NCBI GenBank assembly: GCA_963736255.1
Contig: CAVTOI010000002.1
Span: 1,038,486 to 1,102,485 of the forward strand
Length of the DNA: 64,000 nucleotides
Direction of reading: 5' to 3'
Source of the DNA: Candidatus Aminicenantes bacterium
Lineage (GTDB): Bacteria; Acidobacteriota; Aminicenantia; Aminicenantales; Saccharicenantaceae
The notes under the pieces are model-generated. The model saw nothing but the letters and a program-made list of their open reading frames with translations. It was not told the DNA's origin and did no database searches. Of this stretch, positions 21,564 to 31,051 are shown in pieces. How positions within the stretch are numbered: the stretch's first letter is position 1; every line of letters begins with the position of its first letter. Position numbers and translations under genes: made by a program.

Positions 21564-21640
21564 TTCTTATAATCCTGGGCATCCTCAGTCCTTGCCCGTG
21601 GCCGGGCGCACCCGGATTATAAGAATTAAGGTTTGACCCC
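21549..21640. repeat. 92-bp element with perfect 27-bp terminal inverted repeats (MITE/REP-like)
   Basis: GGGGTCAAACCTTAATTCTTATAATCC (21549-21575) and its exact reverse complement (21614-21640), between convergent genes. Confidence 0.9.
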
Positions 21641-21642
21641 TT

Positions 21643-23192
21643 CTAGCGGGAGTTGCTGACGAAGGCGATCCGCTTTGCGTCCGGCGACCACGACGGGACG
21701 TTGATCGTGCCCTGCCCGCCGTAGACATAAGCCATAACCCGTGGCTCCGTCGATCCGTCCGCGGGCATCATCCGAATATAGACTTGCTTATAGAACGGAT
21801 GGTCGTCCGCGGCGACGTCCTTACCGAACGACAGGAAGACGATGCGCCGGCCGTCGGGGGAGATATGAGGGAACCAGTCGTGGAATTCGCCCGAGGTGAC
21901 CGGCTCCTGGCCGGACCCGTCCGGCGCCATCCGCCAGATGCGCATGCTGCCCGTCCGCGCGGAATTAAAGTAAATAAAGCGGCTGTCCGGCGTGTATTCC
22001 GGGCCGTCGTCGAGTCCCTGAGCGTCGGTCAGGCGGATCTCCTGCCCGCCTTCGACCGGGATATTGTAGACATCGTAGTTTCCGGCGCGGCCGCCCGTAT
22101 AGACGAGGAACCGCCCATCCGGCGACCAGCCGTGGAGATAGGACGGCGCCAGCGGCGTGGCCCGCTTCGGAGCCCCGCCCTTCGCCGGGAGGGTGTAGAT
22201 GACCGATTCGTCCTTGTCCCCGGCGCTGTGATGGCTGATGCCTAGCCGTTTCCCGTCGAACGACAGGACGTGGTCGTTGTTATTGGCCGTGGCGAAGCCC
22301 GTATCGAGCTTCGATGTTTTCCCGGTGGCCAGCTCAAAGCGGCAGAGAAGGCCATCAACGTTATAGATGAGGAAGCGTCCGTCCCTCGTCCAGTTCGGCG
22401 CCTGGATGGGCCGGTCCGAGCGGAACACGGCCGTGCGCTTGCCCGTGTCGACGTCCAGCAGCTCGATCATCCCCCCGACGTAATCTTGGTAGGGGACGAA
22501 ATCCTCGGGAGCCGGGACGGTCATGCGGACGTTTGTGAAACTGGCCTTCTCGACGATCTCGGCGTTGTGCGAGCAGACGAAGAGACCGACGCGGACTTCG
22601 TCACCAAGGTCGATGTCTTCGACGCGCTCGCTCACGTACGGCTCGCCGAACTTCGCCGCCGACATGATATAGGTGTTGCCCTTGCGTTCGAGCTGGATCT
22701 GGTCTGCGCCGGAGAGGGGGAGCCGCGTCTCTTCGGTGTCGCCCCCGCTTCCCGCCGGTACTGCAGAGAGGTCAAACCGTCACCGTGGACGACGGCGCTG
22801 GTTTGGGCCGACCCCGTGTCCATGGCCGAGCGGGCCATCCACCCGATCTTGCGATGGGCTTCGATCCCTTGACCGATGAATTCGACCCGGGCGCTGACGA
22901 TGAAATCCCCTTTGATCCGTTTCCACAGGAAGTGGCCCTCGTCGCCGGCGAACCACATGTTGGCCCCGGCACCTTCGATAACGAGCGCCCCGTCCGCGGC
23001 GTCCTCGACGACCGTTCCGGCCTTCAGGACGGGTCCGATGTCGCCGTGTCCTTCGAAGAGGGCCAAGGGATCTTCCAGGGTCGGGGCCGGCGGCGGGGGA
23101 GCCTGCCGGCAGCCCGGGGCGGCGGCGAACAGGGGCACCAGGAGGAGGGCGAACCCCAGGGCTTTCTCTCGGCGGAAAGGGCGTCCGCGCAT
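21643..23192 (-). pseudogene. TolB-like/PD40 beta-propeller lipoprotein with a single frameshift in a homopolymer
   Basis: ORFs 22632-23192 and 21643-22665 join (QYRREAG-GDTEETRL...YIMSAAKF) if one base is added to the C5 run at 22742-22746. Repeats APNWTRDG, HGWSPDG, PHISPDG and PSWSPDA; APGC lipobox. Confidence 0.85.
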
Positions 23193-23228
23193 GGCCGCAT
23201 GATAGTCGTCCGCCCCGGAACGGTCAAG

Positions 23229-23304
23229 GGGGACTTGCTCGGAGGGACAGTCCCACTGACCGGAACACCCGGACCGGGGACACGTACCAAAGGGACAGGC
23301 CCCC
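23229..23304. repeat. Cluster of degenerate GGGAC(A)-GTCCC units (REP-like)
   Basis: GGGGACTTG, GGGACAGTCCC, GGGGACACGTACC and GGGACAGGCCCC within 80 bp between divergent genes. Confidence 0.5.
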
Positions 23305-23407
23305 TCTTCCTGCCCTTTTTCTGAACCGGCGGGCCGGTTTGACGTATAATACCGCGGGAACCCGCGCGCGGGTTCCCCTATCCACGTATCTTTCGAGGGA
23401 GGCCGGC

Positions 23408-24814
23408 ATGCTCCGCGACATCATCAAGAAAGAGATCCTGGACAACATCACCAGCCCGAAATTCGTCTTCACCTTCCTTCTCTGCACCATCCTCATCCTG
23501 CTCTCGGTCTATACCGGGGTGACGAACTACCGGGCCGAGAAGAAGGAGTACACGGCGTCGCTGGCCCTCAACAAGAAGAACATGGAGAATCAGCCGAACT
23601 ACAACTCGCTCGCCGGGATCGGGGTCAAGGTCAGCAAGCCGCCGCAGGTCCTCGGGACCGTCGTCACGGGCATCGAGGAGGCCGTCGGCCGCGTCGCCCC
23701 GGTCAACATCGCCGCCGACCCGAACCTCGTCGAGTCCAAATACAGCAGCAACCCCGTCTTCGCCGTCTTCGGCGCCCTCGATCTCATGTTCATCGTCAAG
23801 ATCGTCCTCAGCCTCTTCGCCATCCTCTTCACCTACGACGCCATCGTCGGCGAGAAGGAGAAGGGGACGCTGAAGCTGGCCCTGTCGAACGACGTCCCCC
23901 GCGACCGGCTCATCCTGGGCAAGGCCATCGGCGGCTACATCAGCCTGCTCCTGCCTCTGCTCATCCCGCTCCTCCTCAGTCTTCTCTTCCTGCTCATCGT
24001 GCCGGACGTCTCGCTCGGCGGCCAGGATTGGGCCCGGCTGATGCTCATCTTCCTCATGTTCTTCCTCTACCTCTCGGTCTTCTTCTGTCTGGGATTGTTC
24101 GTCTCGGCCCGGACCTCGCGCTCGTCGACGAGCTTCCTTGTCCTCCTCTTCGTCTGGGTCATCATCGTCATGGTCATCCCCAAGGCCGCGGTCATCACCG
24201 CCGGCCAGGTCAAGCCGATCCCGTCGGTCCACGAGATCACAGCCAAGAAGGACGCCTTCCTCCAACAGGTCCAGACCGACGGCCAAAAAGGCGCCCGGGA
24301 TTGGATCACCAAGAACCAAGCCGAAGCGACCAAGGATCCCAAGGCCTGGCAAGAGAAGTTCCGCCAGTTCATTCAGGAATATCAACAGGAGCTGACGACG
24401 AAGATCGACGAGAACAACGCCGCACTCGAGCGGGACTACCAGCAGAAGAAGAGGGCCCAGCAGAGCCTGGCCGTCAATCTCTCCCGCATCTCGCCGGCCT
24501 CCGCCCTGACCTTCGGCTCGATGACCCTGGCCCGGACCGGGGTCGACGAGTTCGACCGCTTCCTGGCCTCGGTCCGGACCTACAAGCCCATCTACACCAA
24601 GTGGATCAACTCGAAGCTCGGCGAAAGCATCAACTTCGCGACGGGGGAGCAGACCAAGATCAGCCTCGACAGCATGCCCCAGCACGTCTACGAGCCGGAG
24701 TGGCTCAGCAAATCGCTGGTCCGGGCCATTCCCGACTTCGCCCTGCTGCTCGTGATGATCATCATCTTTTTCGTCGGTGCCTACGTTTCGTTCCTGCACT
24801 ACGACGTCCGTTAA
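23408..24814 (+). CDS. ABC-2-type permease with a large extracytoplasmic domain
   Basis: Start MLRDIIKKE after GGAGG; YDAIVGEKEKGTLKL, ILGK, SRISP and terminal YDVR motifs. Confidence 0.88.
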   Translation: MLRDIIKKEILDNITSPKFVFTFLLCTILILLSVYTGVTNYRAEKKEYTASLALNKKNMENQPNYNSLAGIGVKVSKPPQVLGTVVTGIEEAVGRVAPVNIAADPNLVESKYSSNPVFAVFGALDLMFIVKIVLSLFAILFTYDAIVGEKEKGTLKLALSNDVPRDRLILGKAIGGYISLLLPLLIPLLLSLLFLLIVPDVSLGGQDWARLMLIFLMFFLYLSVFFCLGLFVSARTSRSSTSFLVLLFVWVIIVMVIPKAAVITAGQVKPIPSVHEITAKKDAFLQQVQTDGQKGARDWITKNQAEATKDPKAWQEKFRQFIQEYQQELTTKIDENNAALERDYQQKKRAQQSLAVNLSRISPASALTFGSMTLARTGVDEFDRFLASVRTYKPIYTKWINSKLGESINFATGEQTKISLDSMPQHVYEPEWLSKSLVRAIPDFALLLVMIIIFFVGAYVSFLHYDVR

Positions 24815-24824
24815 GGAGGACCCC

Positions 24825-25568
24825 ATGCTCGAAGCCATCAACCTGACCAAGCGTTACGAGGACGGCGAACTGGCCCTCGACGGACTGAGCTTCAAGGTCG
24901 ATCCGGGCGAGATCTTCTGCATGTTCGGGGCCAACGGCGCCGGCAAGACGACGACCATCAACCTGTTCCTGAATTTCATCCCGCCGACGTCCGGCGAGGC
25001 CCTCGTCGAGGGGATCGACGTGGCCAAGGACCCGCTCAAGGCCAAGCGCCACGTCTCTTTCGTCTCCGAGAACGTCATGCTCTACGGCAACTTCACGGCC
25101 ATCCAGAACCTCGACTATTTCAGTAAGCTGGCCGGCAAGCGGAACCTGACAAAGAAGGACTACGGCGAGGTCCTCGAGCGGGTCGGCCTCCAGAAGGAGG
25201 CCTTCGACCGCCGGATCAAGAACTTCTCCAAGGGCATGCGCCAGAAGCTCGGCATCGCCATCGCCCTGGTCAAGGACGCCGCCAACGTCCTTCTCGACGA
25301 GCCGACCTCGGGCCTCGACCCCCAGTCGGGCCGGGAGTTCCTGGAGATCCTCGTCCAGATGCGCGACAAGGGCAAGTCCGTCTTCATGTCGACCCACGAC
25401 ATCTTCCGGGCCAAGCTCATCGCCGACCGGATCGGCTTCATGCGCAAGGGCAAGCTGGTCATGCTGAAGACGGTCCAGGACCTGGCCCATGAAGACCTGA
25501 CCGACCTCTACATCCAGTACATGGAGGAACAGCCGGTGTCGGCGCCCGCCGCTCCGGCCGGGATGTGA
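24825..25568 (+). CDS. ABC transporter ATP-binding protein
   Basis: AAGGAGG RBS; GANGAGKTT, FSKGMRQ, LLDEPTSGLD and STH motifs. Confidence 0.93.
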   Translation: MLEAINLTKRYEDGELALDGLSFKVDPGEIFCMFGANGAGKTTTINLFLNFIPPTSGEALVEGIDVAKDPLKAKRHVSFVSENVMLYGNFTAIQNLDYFSKLAGKRNLTKKDYGEVLERVGLQKEAFDRRIKNFSKGMRQKLGIAIALVKDAANVLLDEPTSGLDPQSGREFLEILVQMRDKGKSVFMSTHDIFRAKLIADRIGFMRKGKLVMLKTVQDLAHEDLTDLYIQYMEEQPVSAPAAPAGM

Positions 25569-26065
25569 CGCCCAACGAGCCCGTCGGAAGGCCTGGGAGG
25601 ACCGTCGTCCTCGGACTGGGGAACATCCTTCTCGGCGACGAGGGGGTGGGCGTCCATGTCGTGGAAGAGCTGCGGCGCACGGGGGGGCTCCCCGGCGTCG
25701 AGCTCGTCGACGGCGGCACGGCCGGCTTCCAGCTCCTTCCTTACTTCGACGGCGGCGGCCTCGTCGTCATCGTGGACGCGGCGGCCGACGGGCAGCCCGC
25801 CGGCACCGTGGGCCAATCGCGGCCCGTGTTCTCGAAGGATTATCCCCCCGCCTTGACCCCGCACGACGTCGGGCTGAAGAACATTCTGGACGCCCTTGCG
25901 CTGACCGGCACGCGGCCCGATATCATCCTCCTGACCGTTTCGGTCGCCGAGGCGGACCGGGCCTCGCTCGACCTTTCGCCGGCCGTCGGCCGCGCGGTCC
26001 GCGAAGCCGCGGACCGTGTCCGGCGCCTCCTCAGCGGACCTGGGGGAAGCTCGACTTCTCGATGA
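25565..26065 (+). CDS. hyaD: Hydrogenase maturation endopeptidase (HyaD/HybD family)
   Basis: GLGNILLGDEGVG, VDGGT, IVDA and PHDVG motifs; GTG start overlapping the ABC ATPase stop. Confidence 0.88.
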   Translation: MTPNEPVGRPGRTVVLGLGNILLGDEGVGVHVVEELRRTGGLPGVELVDGGTAGFQLLPYFDGGGLVVIVDAAADGQPAGTVGQSRPVFSKDYPPALTPHDVGLKNILDALALTGTRPDIILLTVSVAEADRASLDLSPAVGRAVREAADRVRRLLSGPGGSSTSR

Positions 26066-26729
26066 ACTTCCAGCCTCCGATCATGGAGGAGATCGTCCCC
26101 CGGCCTTCCAGATAGTCGTGGTACCAAGACAGGTAGATGTGCATGGTCGTGAAGGCGACGAACACCCAGGTGAAGATGTGGTGCCACTGCCTCAGGCCGT
26201 CGAGCCCTCCGAAGACCGGGATGAGCCCGGCGAAAAGACGGGGGAACCAAGCCGGGCTCATGACCGAATACAGGGCGAAACCCGTGAGGATCTGAAAGAG
26301 AATGGCCAGGTACATCGTCGAATAGATGATGCCGGCCAGCGCGTTGGCCCCGACCGACAGGACCGGCAGCTTGCAGATCATGAAGATGTCGAGGCAGAGG
26401 ACCTGCAGGACCTCCTTCCGCTTGGCCTTCGTGCGGGGAAAGAAATTCTTCCACCGGGCAAAATCGTTCCCGGCAAAGCCCCAATAAACGCGGCCCAGGA
26501 AGTTGAGCAGGAAGAGGTAGGCGAAAGCGAAATGGACGAACCGGACCGACCCGAAGAGATAGCGGTTCGAGGCCTCGACCGCCGGTCCTCCCCAAGGCGG
26601 GGGGGAGCCCATGATGAGCCCCGTCACGCCGAGCACAAAGACGCACGCGGCGTTGGTCCAGTGGAAGAACCGGAGCGGCAGGTCCCAGACATAAACCTGG
26701 TAATACTCGGCGTGTCCGCTCTTGTCCAT
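26031..26729 (-). CDS. hyaC: Ni/Fe-hydrogenase cytochrome b subunit
   Basis: Start MDKSGH after GGAGG; VYVWDLPLRFFHW, RFVH, RQWHH..HIY heme ligands; SSMIGGWK. Confidence 0.93.
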   Translation of the reverse strand: MDKSGHAEYYQVYVWDLPLRFFHWTNAACVFVLGVTGLIMGSPPPWGGPAVEASNRYLFGSVRFVHFAFAYLFLLNFLGRVYWGFAGNDFARWKNFFPRTKAKRKEVLQVLCLDIFMICKLPVLSVGANALAGIIYSTMYLAILFQILTGFALYSVMSPAWFPRLFAGLIPVFGGLDGLRQWHHIFTWVFVAFTTMHIYLSWYHDYLEGRGTISSMIGGWKFIEKSSFPQVR

Positions 26730-26739
26730 GCGGCCCTCC

Positions 26740-28458
26740 CTATACGACCTGGACCTGATGGAGGCGCTTCCCCTGCGGATCGTAGAGGTGGACGGCGCAG
26801 GCGATGCAGGGGTCGAAGGAATGGATCGTCCGCAGGATCTCCAAAGGCTGGTCGGCGCGGGCGACGGGCGTCCCGACGAGGGCGGCCTCATAGGGGGACC
26901 TCTGTCCGCTCGCGTCCCGCGGCGAGCCGTTCCAGGTCGTCGGCACGACGAGCTGGTAATTCGCGATCTTGCCGTCCTTGATGACGATCCAATGCGACAG
27001 GGCCCCGCGGGGCGCCTCGGTGAAACCGGCGCCCTTGGCCTCCGCCGGCCATGTCCCCGGGTCCCACTTTTCGCCGTTGAACATCCGGGTGTCGCCGTTC
27101 TTGATGTTCGTGACCAGCGTATCGTAGAACTCCTTCATCCATCGGGCGATGAGCTGGGTCTCGATCCCGCGAGCGGCCGTCCGGCCGAGGGTCGAGAAGA
27201 GCGCGGTTACCGGCACGCCGAGGTGGGCCAGAGCGCCGTCCACCGCCTGCTTGATGTCCGGCTGCCCGGCGGCGTAGCCGACGAGCAGCCGGGCCAACGG
27301 GCCGACCTCCATGGCCCGCCCCTTCCAGCGGGGCGTCTTGAGCCACGAGTATTTGCTCTCGACCTCGAGGTTCTTGTAGGGCGGCTTCGGCCCTGTGTAG
27401 GCGAAGTCCGTTTCCCCCTCCCAAGGATGGAGGGCGGCCGCGTCGCCGCCCTTGTAGGCGTACCAGGAATGGGCCACGGACTCCGTGATCTGGCCGGGGT
27501 CGGCCGCGTCGACCTCGTGGACCCGGGTGAGGTCGCGGTCGAGGATGACGCCCCGGGGGAACTTGAACCCCGAGGGATCGCCGATGCCGCGCGTCGGCAG
27601 GTCGCCGTAGCTCAGGTAGTTCGAGACCCCGCCGCCGATCGCGGCCCAATCCTTATAATAAGAAGCCACGGCGAGGAGGTCGGGGATGTAGACCTGGTCG
27701 ACGATCGTCATGGCGTCGTCGATGAGCTTGCCGACGAGGGCCAGGCGCTCGGCGTTGAGCGTCATGGCGTTATCGGGCCCGACCGCGGAGTAGGCGCCCC
27801 CGACGAGGTAGTGCGGATGGGGGTTCTTGCCGCCGAAAATGGCGTGGACCTTGATGATCTCCTTCTGCCACTCGAGGATGTCGAGGTAGTGGGCGACGCC
27901 GAGAAGGTTGACCTCCGGCGGCAGCTTGTAGGCCGGATGGCCCCAATACGCGTTGGCGAAGATGCCCAGCTGGCCGCTCGCCACGAGCGTCCGGATCCTG
28001 TCCTGGACCGTCTTGAAATAGCCCTCCGAATTCTTCGGCCAATCCGAAAGGGACTTGGCGACCGCCGCCGTCTGCGCCGGGTCCGCGCTCAGGGCCGACA
28101 CGACGTCGACCCAATCGAGGGCGTGGAGGACGTAGAAATGGACGACGTGGTCCTGGAGGTAATGGGCGCAGAACATGAGGTTCCGCACGAGTTCCGCGTT
28201 GGGGGGCACGGCGATGCCGAGGGCGTTCTCCACGGTGCGCACCGAGGCCAGGGCGTGGACGGTCGTACAAACGCCGCAGGCCCTCTCGCAGAAGGCCCAG
28301 GCGTCCCTCGGGTCCCGGCCCCGGAGGATGATCTCCAGCCCGCGGACCATGGTCCCCGACGACCAGGCGTCGGTGATCCGCCCGCCGTCGACATCGGCTT
28401 CGATCCTCAGATGCCCCTCGATCCGGGTGATGGGATCGACGACGATCCTCTGGGCCAT
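26740..28458 (-). CDS. hyaB: [NiFe]-hydrogenase large subunit (group 1, uptake type)
   Basis: VDPITRIEGH; L1 ERACGVC; GKNPH; EAPRGAL; L2 SFDPCIACAVH followed by a 15-aa cleavable tail. Confidence 0.96.
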   Translation of the reverse strand: MAQRIVVDPITRIEGHLRIEADVDGGRITDAWSSGTMVRGLEIILRGRDPRDAWAFCERACGVCTTVHALASVRTVENALGIAVPPNAELVRNLMFCAHYLQDHVVHFYVLHALDWVDVVSALSADPAQTAAVAKSLSDWPKNSEGYFKTVQDRIRTLVASGQLGIFANAYWGHPAYKLPPEVNLLGVAHYLDILEWQKEIIKVHAIFGGKNPHPHYLVGGAYSAVGPDNAMTLNAERLALVGKLIDDAMTIVDQVYIPDLLAVASYYKDWAAIGGGVSNYLSYGDLPTRGIGDPSGFKFPRGVILDRDLTRVHEVDAADPGQITESVAHSWYAYKGGDAAALHPWEGETDFAYTGPKPPYKNLEVESKYSWLKTPRWKGRAMEVGPLARLLVGYAAGQPDIKQAVDGALAHLGVPVTALFSTLGRTAARGIETQLIARWMKEFYDTLVTNIKNGDTRMFNGEKWDPGTWPAEAKGAGFTEAPRGALSHWIVIKDGKIANYQLVVPTTWNGSPRDASGQRSPYEAALVGTPVARADQPLEILRTIHSFDPCIACAVHLYDPQGKRLHQVQVV

Positions 28459-29597
28459 CACGCACCTCCTTCTTTCTTTTCCGCCGGCTTTTCGGCCTTG
28501 AGGTCCTTGTCCTTGAGGCTGCTCTCGAGCTCCTTCTTGATCAGGCGCCGCTTGCGGATGTTCGTCGCGATGGCGTGGACGGCGACGCCTCCGCCCGCCG
28601 CCGCGGCGAGATACATCCCCAGCTTGTCCGCCGTCGATTCGACGCCGAAGCCCGGGAACGCCGGCAGGGACCTGGTGAACGGTCCGGCGTCGTAATAGCC
28701 GGCCTCGCTGCACCCGATACAGGGCGCGCCCGATTGGATGGGATAGCTCGTGCTCCCGTTCCAGCGGATGATGCCGCAGGAGTTGTACGTCTGCGGCCCG
28801 CGGCAGCCCATCTTGTAGAGGCAGTAGCCCTTCTTGGCCCCGGCATCGTCGAACGATTCGACGAACAGGCCGGCGTCGTAGTAGGGCCGCCGGTAACAGG
28901 AGTCGTGGATCCTCGTCGAATAGAACGCCTTGGGCCGCCCCTGGGAGTCGAGCTGGGGCAGACGGCCGAAGGCCAGCAGGTGGGCGACGACCCCCGTCAT
29001 GACCTCGGCGATCGGCGGACAGCCCGGGACGTTGACGACGTTGGGCAGGATCTTATGGATCGGCGTCGCCCCGGTCGGATTCGGCGAGGCCGACTGGACG
29101 CAGCCGTTCGACGCGCAGCTGCCCCAAGCCACGACGGCCATCGCTTTCTCGGCCGCTTCGCGCAGGCCGTCGAGGGCGCTCCTGCCTGCGATGGTGCAGT
29201 AGATGCCGCCGTCCTTCATCGGGACCGAGCCTTCGGCCATCAGGATATACTGGCCGGGGAATTTCTTGATCGTTTCCGTCACCGCCGCCTCGGCCTGCTC
29301 GCCTGCCGCAGCCTGGAGCGTTTGCGAATAATCGAGGGAGATCCGGTCGAGAAGAATGTCGGCCACGAGAGGATGCGACGACTTGATGAAGGACTCGCTG
29401 CAGCAGGTGCACTCTTGGAAATGGAACCACAGGACGGGCGGCCGGGGCTTGGTGTCCATGGCCTTGATGAGGGCCCTGGCCTGGCCGGCCTCGAGGCCGA
29501 GGGCAGCGGAAAGATAGCCGCAGAACTTCAGGAAATCGCGTCTTGAATGACCTCGCGACTGCGCGATCTCCCAGAGGCTTGGGGGTTTCTCTGTCAT
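28458..29597 (-). CDS. hyaA: [NiFe]-hydrogenase small subunit, Tat-exported, with six-Cys proximal cluster motif
   Basis: Start MTEKPP after GAAGGAGG; SRRDFLK; ECTCCSES, GSCASNGC, PGCPP, IHDSCYRR, CLYKMGC and CIGC; C-terminal membrane anchor. Confidence 0.96.
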   Translation of the reverse strand: MTEKPPSLWEIAQSRGHSRRDFLKFCGYLSAALGLEAGQARALIKAMDTKPRPPVLWFHFQECTCCSESFIKSSHPLVADILLDRISLDYSQTLQAAAGEQAEAAVTETIKKFPGQYILMAEGSVPMKDGGIYCTIAGRSALDGLREAAEKAMAVVAWGSCASNGCVQSASPNPTGATPIHKILPNVVNVPGCPPIAEVMTGVVAHLLAFGRLPQLDSQGRPKAFYSTRIHDSCYRRPYYDAGLFVESFDDAGAKKGYCLYKMGCRGPQTYNSCGIIRWNGSTSYPIQSGAPCIGCSEAGYYDAGPFTRSLPAFPGFGVESTADKLGMYLAAAAGGGVAVHAIATNIRKRRLIKKELESSLKDKDLKAEKPAEKKEGGA

Positions 29598-29644
29598 GGT
29601 CCCTCCTTCGAGACGAGAAAAGACCGTCGTTTGCCCAGTTCTTC

Positions 29645-29660
29645 TACAAGAATCGTGCCA
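29645..29660 (-). promoter_or_regulatory. sigma54-like -24/-12 promoter for hyaABC
   Basis: Minus strand TGGCACGATTCTTGTA versus consensus TGGCACG-N4-TTGCW; -12 GC is replaced by GT; 47 bp upstream of the start codon. Confidence 0.55.
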
Positions 29661-29843
29661 CGCGGCCGGGGGGCCTCCGGGGGGAGCTCCTGAGGGGAAG
29701 CCGAGCCCCTGAAGCGTCCTTGTCCGGGCCATGTCCCGTTCACCGGGATATTTTCCTGCCCGGCCGGATGTCAGGCGCCGCTTGCCCGGCGCGAACCCGA
29801 TCACCTCTTGGGGGGAGGCCCTGTTTCCCGATCCCTGAGGCCT

Positions 29844-29859
29844 TGGCACGCTTTTTGGA
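29844..29859 (+). promoter_or_regulatory. sigma54-like -24/-12 promoter for the M50-CBS operon
   Basis: TGGCACGCTTTTTGGA; -12 GC is replaced by GG; 46 bp upstream of the ATG. Confidence 0.5.
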
Positions 29860-29905
29860 TTAGAATAGGGCGGATAGGCTTGAAAGACGCCCTAAGGAGG
29901 GATCG

Positions 29906-31051
29906 ATGTTCGGAAAAACCGTGACCTTGTTCCGCGTTTTCGGCTTCGAGGTCAAGGTGGATTGGAGCTGGCTCATCCTGGGCTCGCTGATCGTCTGGAG
30001 CCTGGCCAAGGGCCTCTTCCCATCGTGGTACAAAGGCATCGATCCGGCCGCGTATTGGGCCATGGGCGTCGCCGGCGCGGTGGGCCTGTTCATTTCGATC
30101 GTCTTCCACGAGCTCTGCCACTCCCTTGTCGCGCGGAGGTACGGGGTTCACATGCGCGGCATCACGCTGTTCCTCTTCGGCGGGGTGGCCGAGATGGGCG
30201 AGGAGCCGGCGAGCCCCAAGGCCGAGTTCTTCCTGGCCGTGGCGGGCCCGATCTCGAGCGTCGTGCTGGCCGCGGCCCTTCTCGGCCTGAGCTATCTTCT
30301 AGCCGGCTCGGGGCCCATGACCCCTGTCACCGGGGTCCTCAACTATCTCGGCTACCTGAACTTCGTCCTGGCGGGATTCAACCTCATCCCCGCCTTTCCG
30401 CTGGACGGCGGCCGCGTCCTGAGGGCCGTTCTTTGGGGATCCTGGAACGATCTCCGCCGGGCGACGCGTGTTGCCGCCTCCGTGGGGGCCGGCCTGGGCG
30501 CGGCCCTCATGGTCCTTGGCACCCTCCAGTACTTCGGCGTCTTCCCGTTCATGGGCCGCTCCGTCGGCGGGCTTTGGACCCTCATCATCGGCATGTTCGT
30601 GCGGGTCACGGCCCGGTCGTCCTACAGGCAGCTGCTCTTCCGGCAGGCCCTCGAGGGCGTTCCTGTCAGGAAATTCATGGCCGCGGACGCGGTCACGCTG
30701 GCGCCGTCGACCTCCGTCGAGAAGCTCGTCGAGGATTATATCTACAAGACGCACTTCAAGATGTACCCCGTCGTCGACGGCGATAAGCTCGTGGGATGCG
30801 TCACGCTCGACCAGGTCAAGGCGCTCGGCCGCGGGGAATGGGCGTCGCACAGCGTCGGGGAGCTGGCCCGAGGCTGCTCTCCCGAGAACACCATCGGTCC
30901 CGATGAAGACGTGATGAAAGCCCTGGCCCTGATGCAGAAGACGGGCCGCAGCCGGCTCGTCGTCGCGGAAGGCGGCCGGCTCGCCGGCGTCATCGCGATC
31001 AAGGATATCATGGGTTATATCGCCCTCAAGCTGGATCTCGAGGAGGAATGA
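29906..31051 (+). CDS. Site-2 protease (M50B) with tandem CBS domains
   Basis: HELCH zinc motif, LFGGVA, AVAGP, FNLIPAFPLDGGR; C-terminal CBS pair; TAAGGAGG RBS. Confidence 0.93.
   Translation: MFGKTVTLFRVFGFEVKVDWSWLILGSLIVWSLAKGLFPSWYKGIDPAAYWAMGVAGAVGLFISIVFHELCHSLVARRYGVHMRGITLFLFGGVAEMGEEPASPKAEFFLAVAGPISSVVLAAALLGLSYLLAGSGPMTPVTGVLNYLGYLNFVLAGFNLIPAFPLDGGRVLRAVLWGSWNDLRRATRVAASVGAGLGAALMVLGTLQYFGVFPFMGRSVGGLWTLIIGMFVRVTARSSYRQLLFRQALEGVPVRKFMAADAVTLAPSTSVEKLVEDYIYKTHFKMYPVVDGDKLVGCVTLDQVKALGRGEWASHSVGELARGCSPENTIGPDEDVMKALALMQKTGRSRLVVAEGGRLAGVIAIKDIMGYIALKLDLEEE

Noticed and set aside
26740-26830. Possible [NiFeSe] hydrogenase or stop-codon recoding
   Set aside because: The L2 motif is DPCIAC with ordinary TGC codons and no in-frame TGA.
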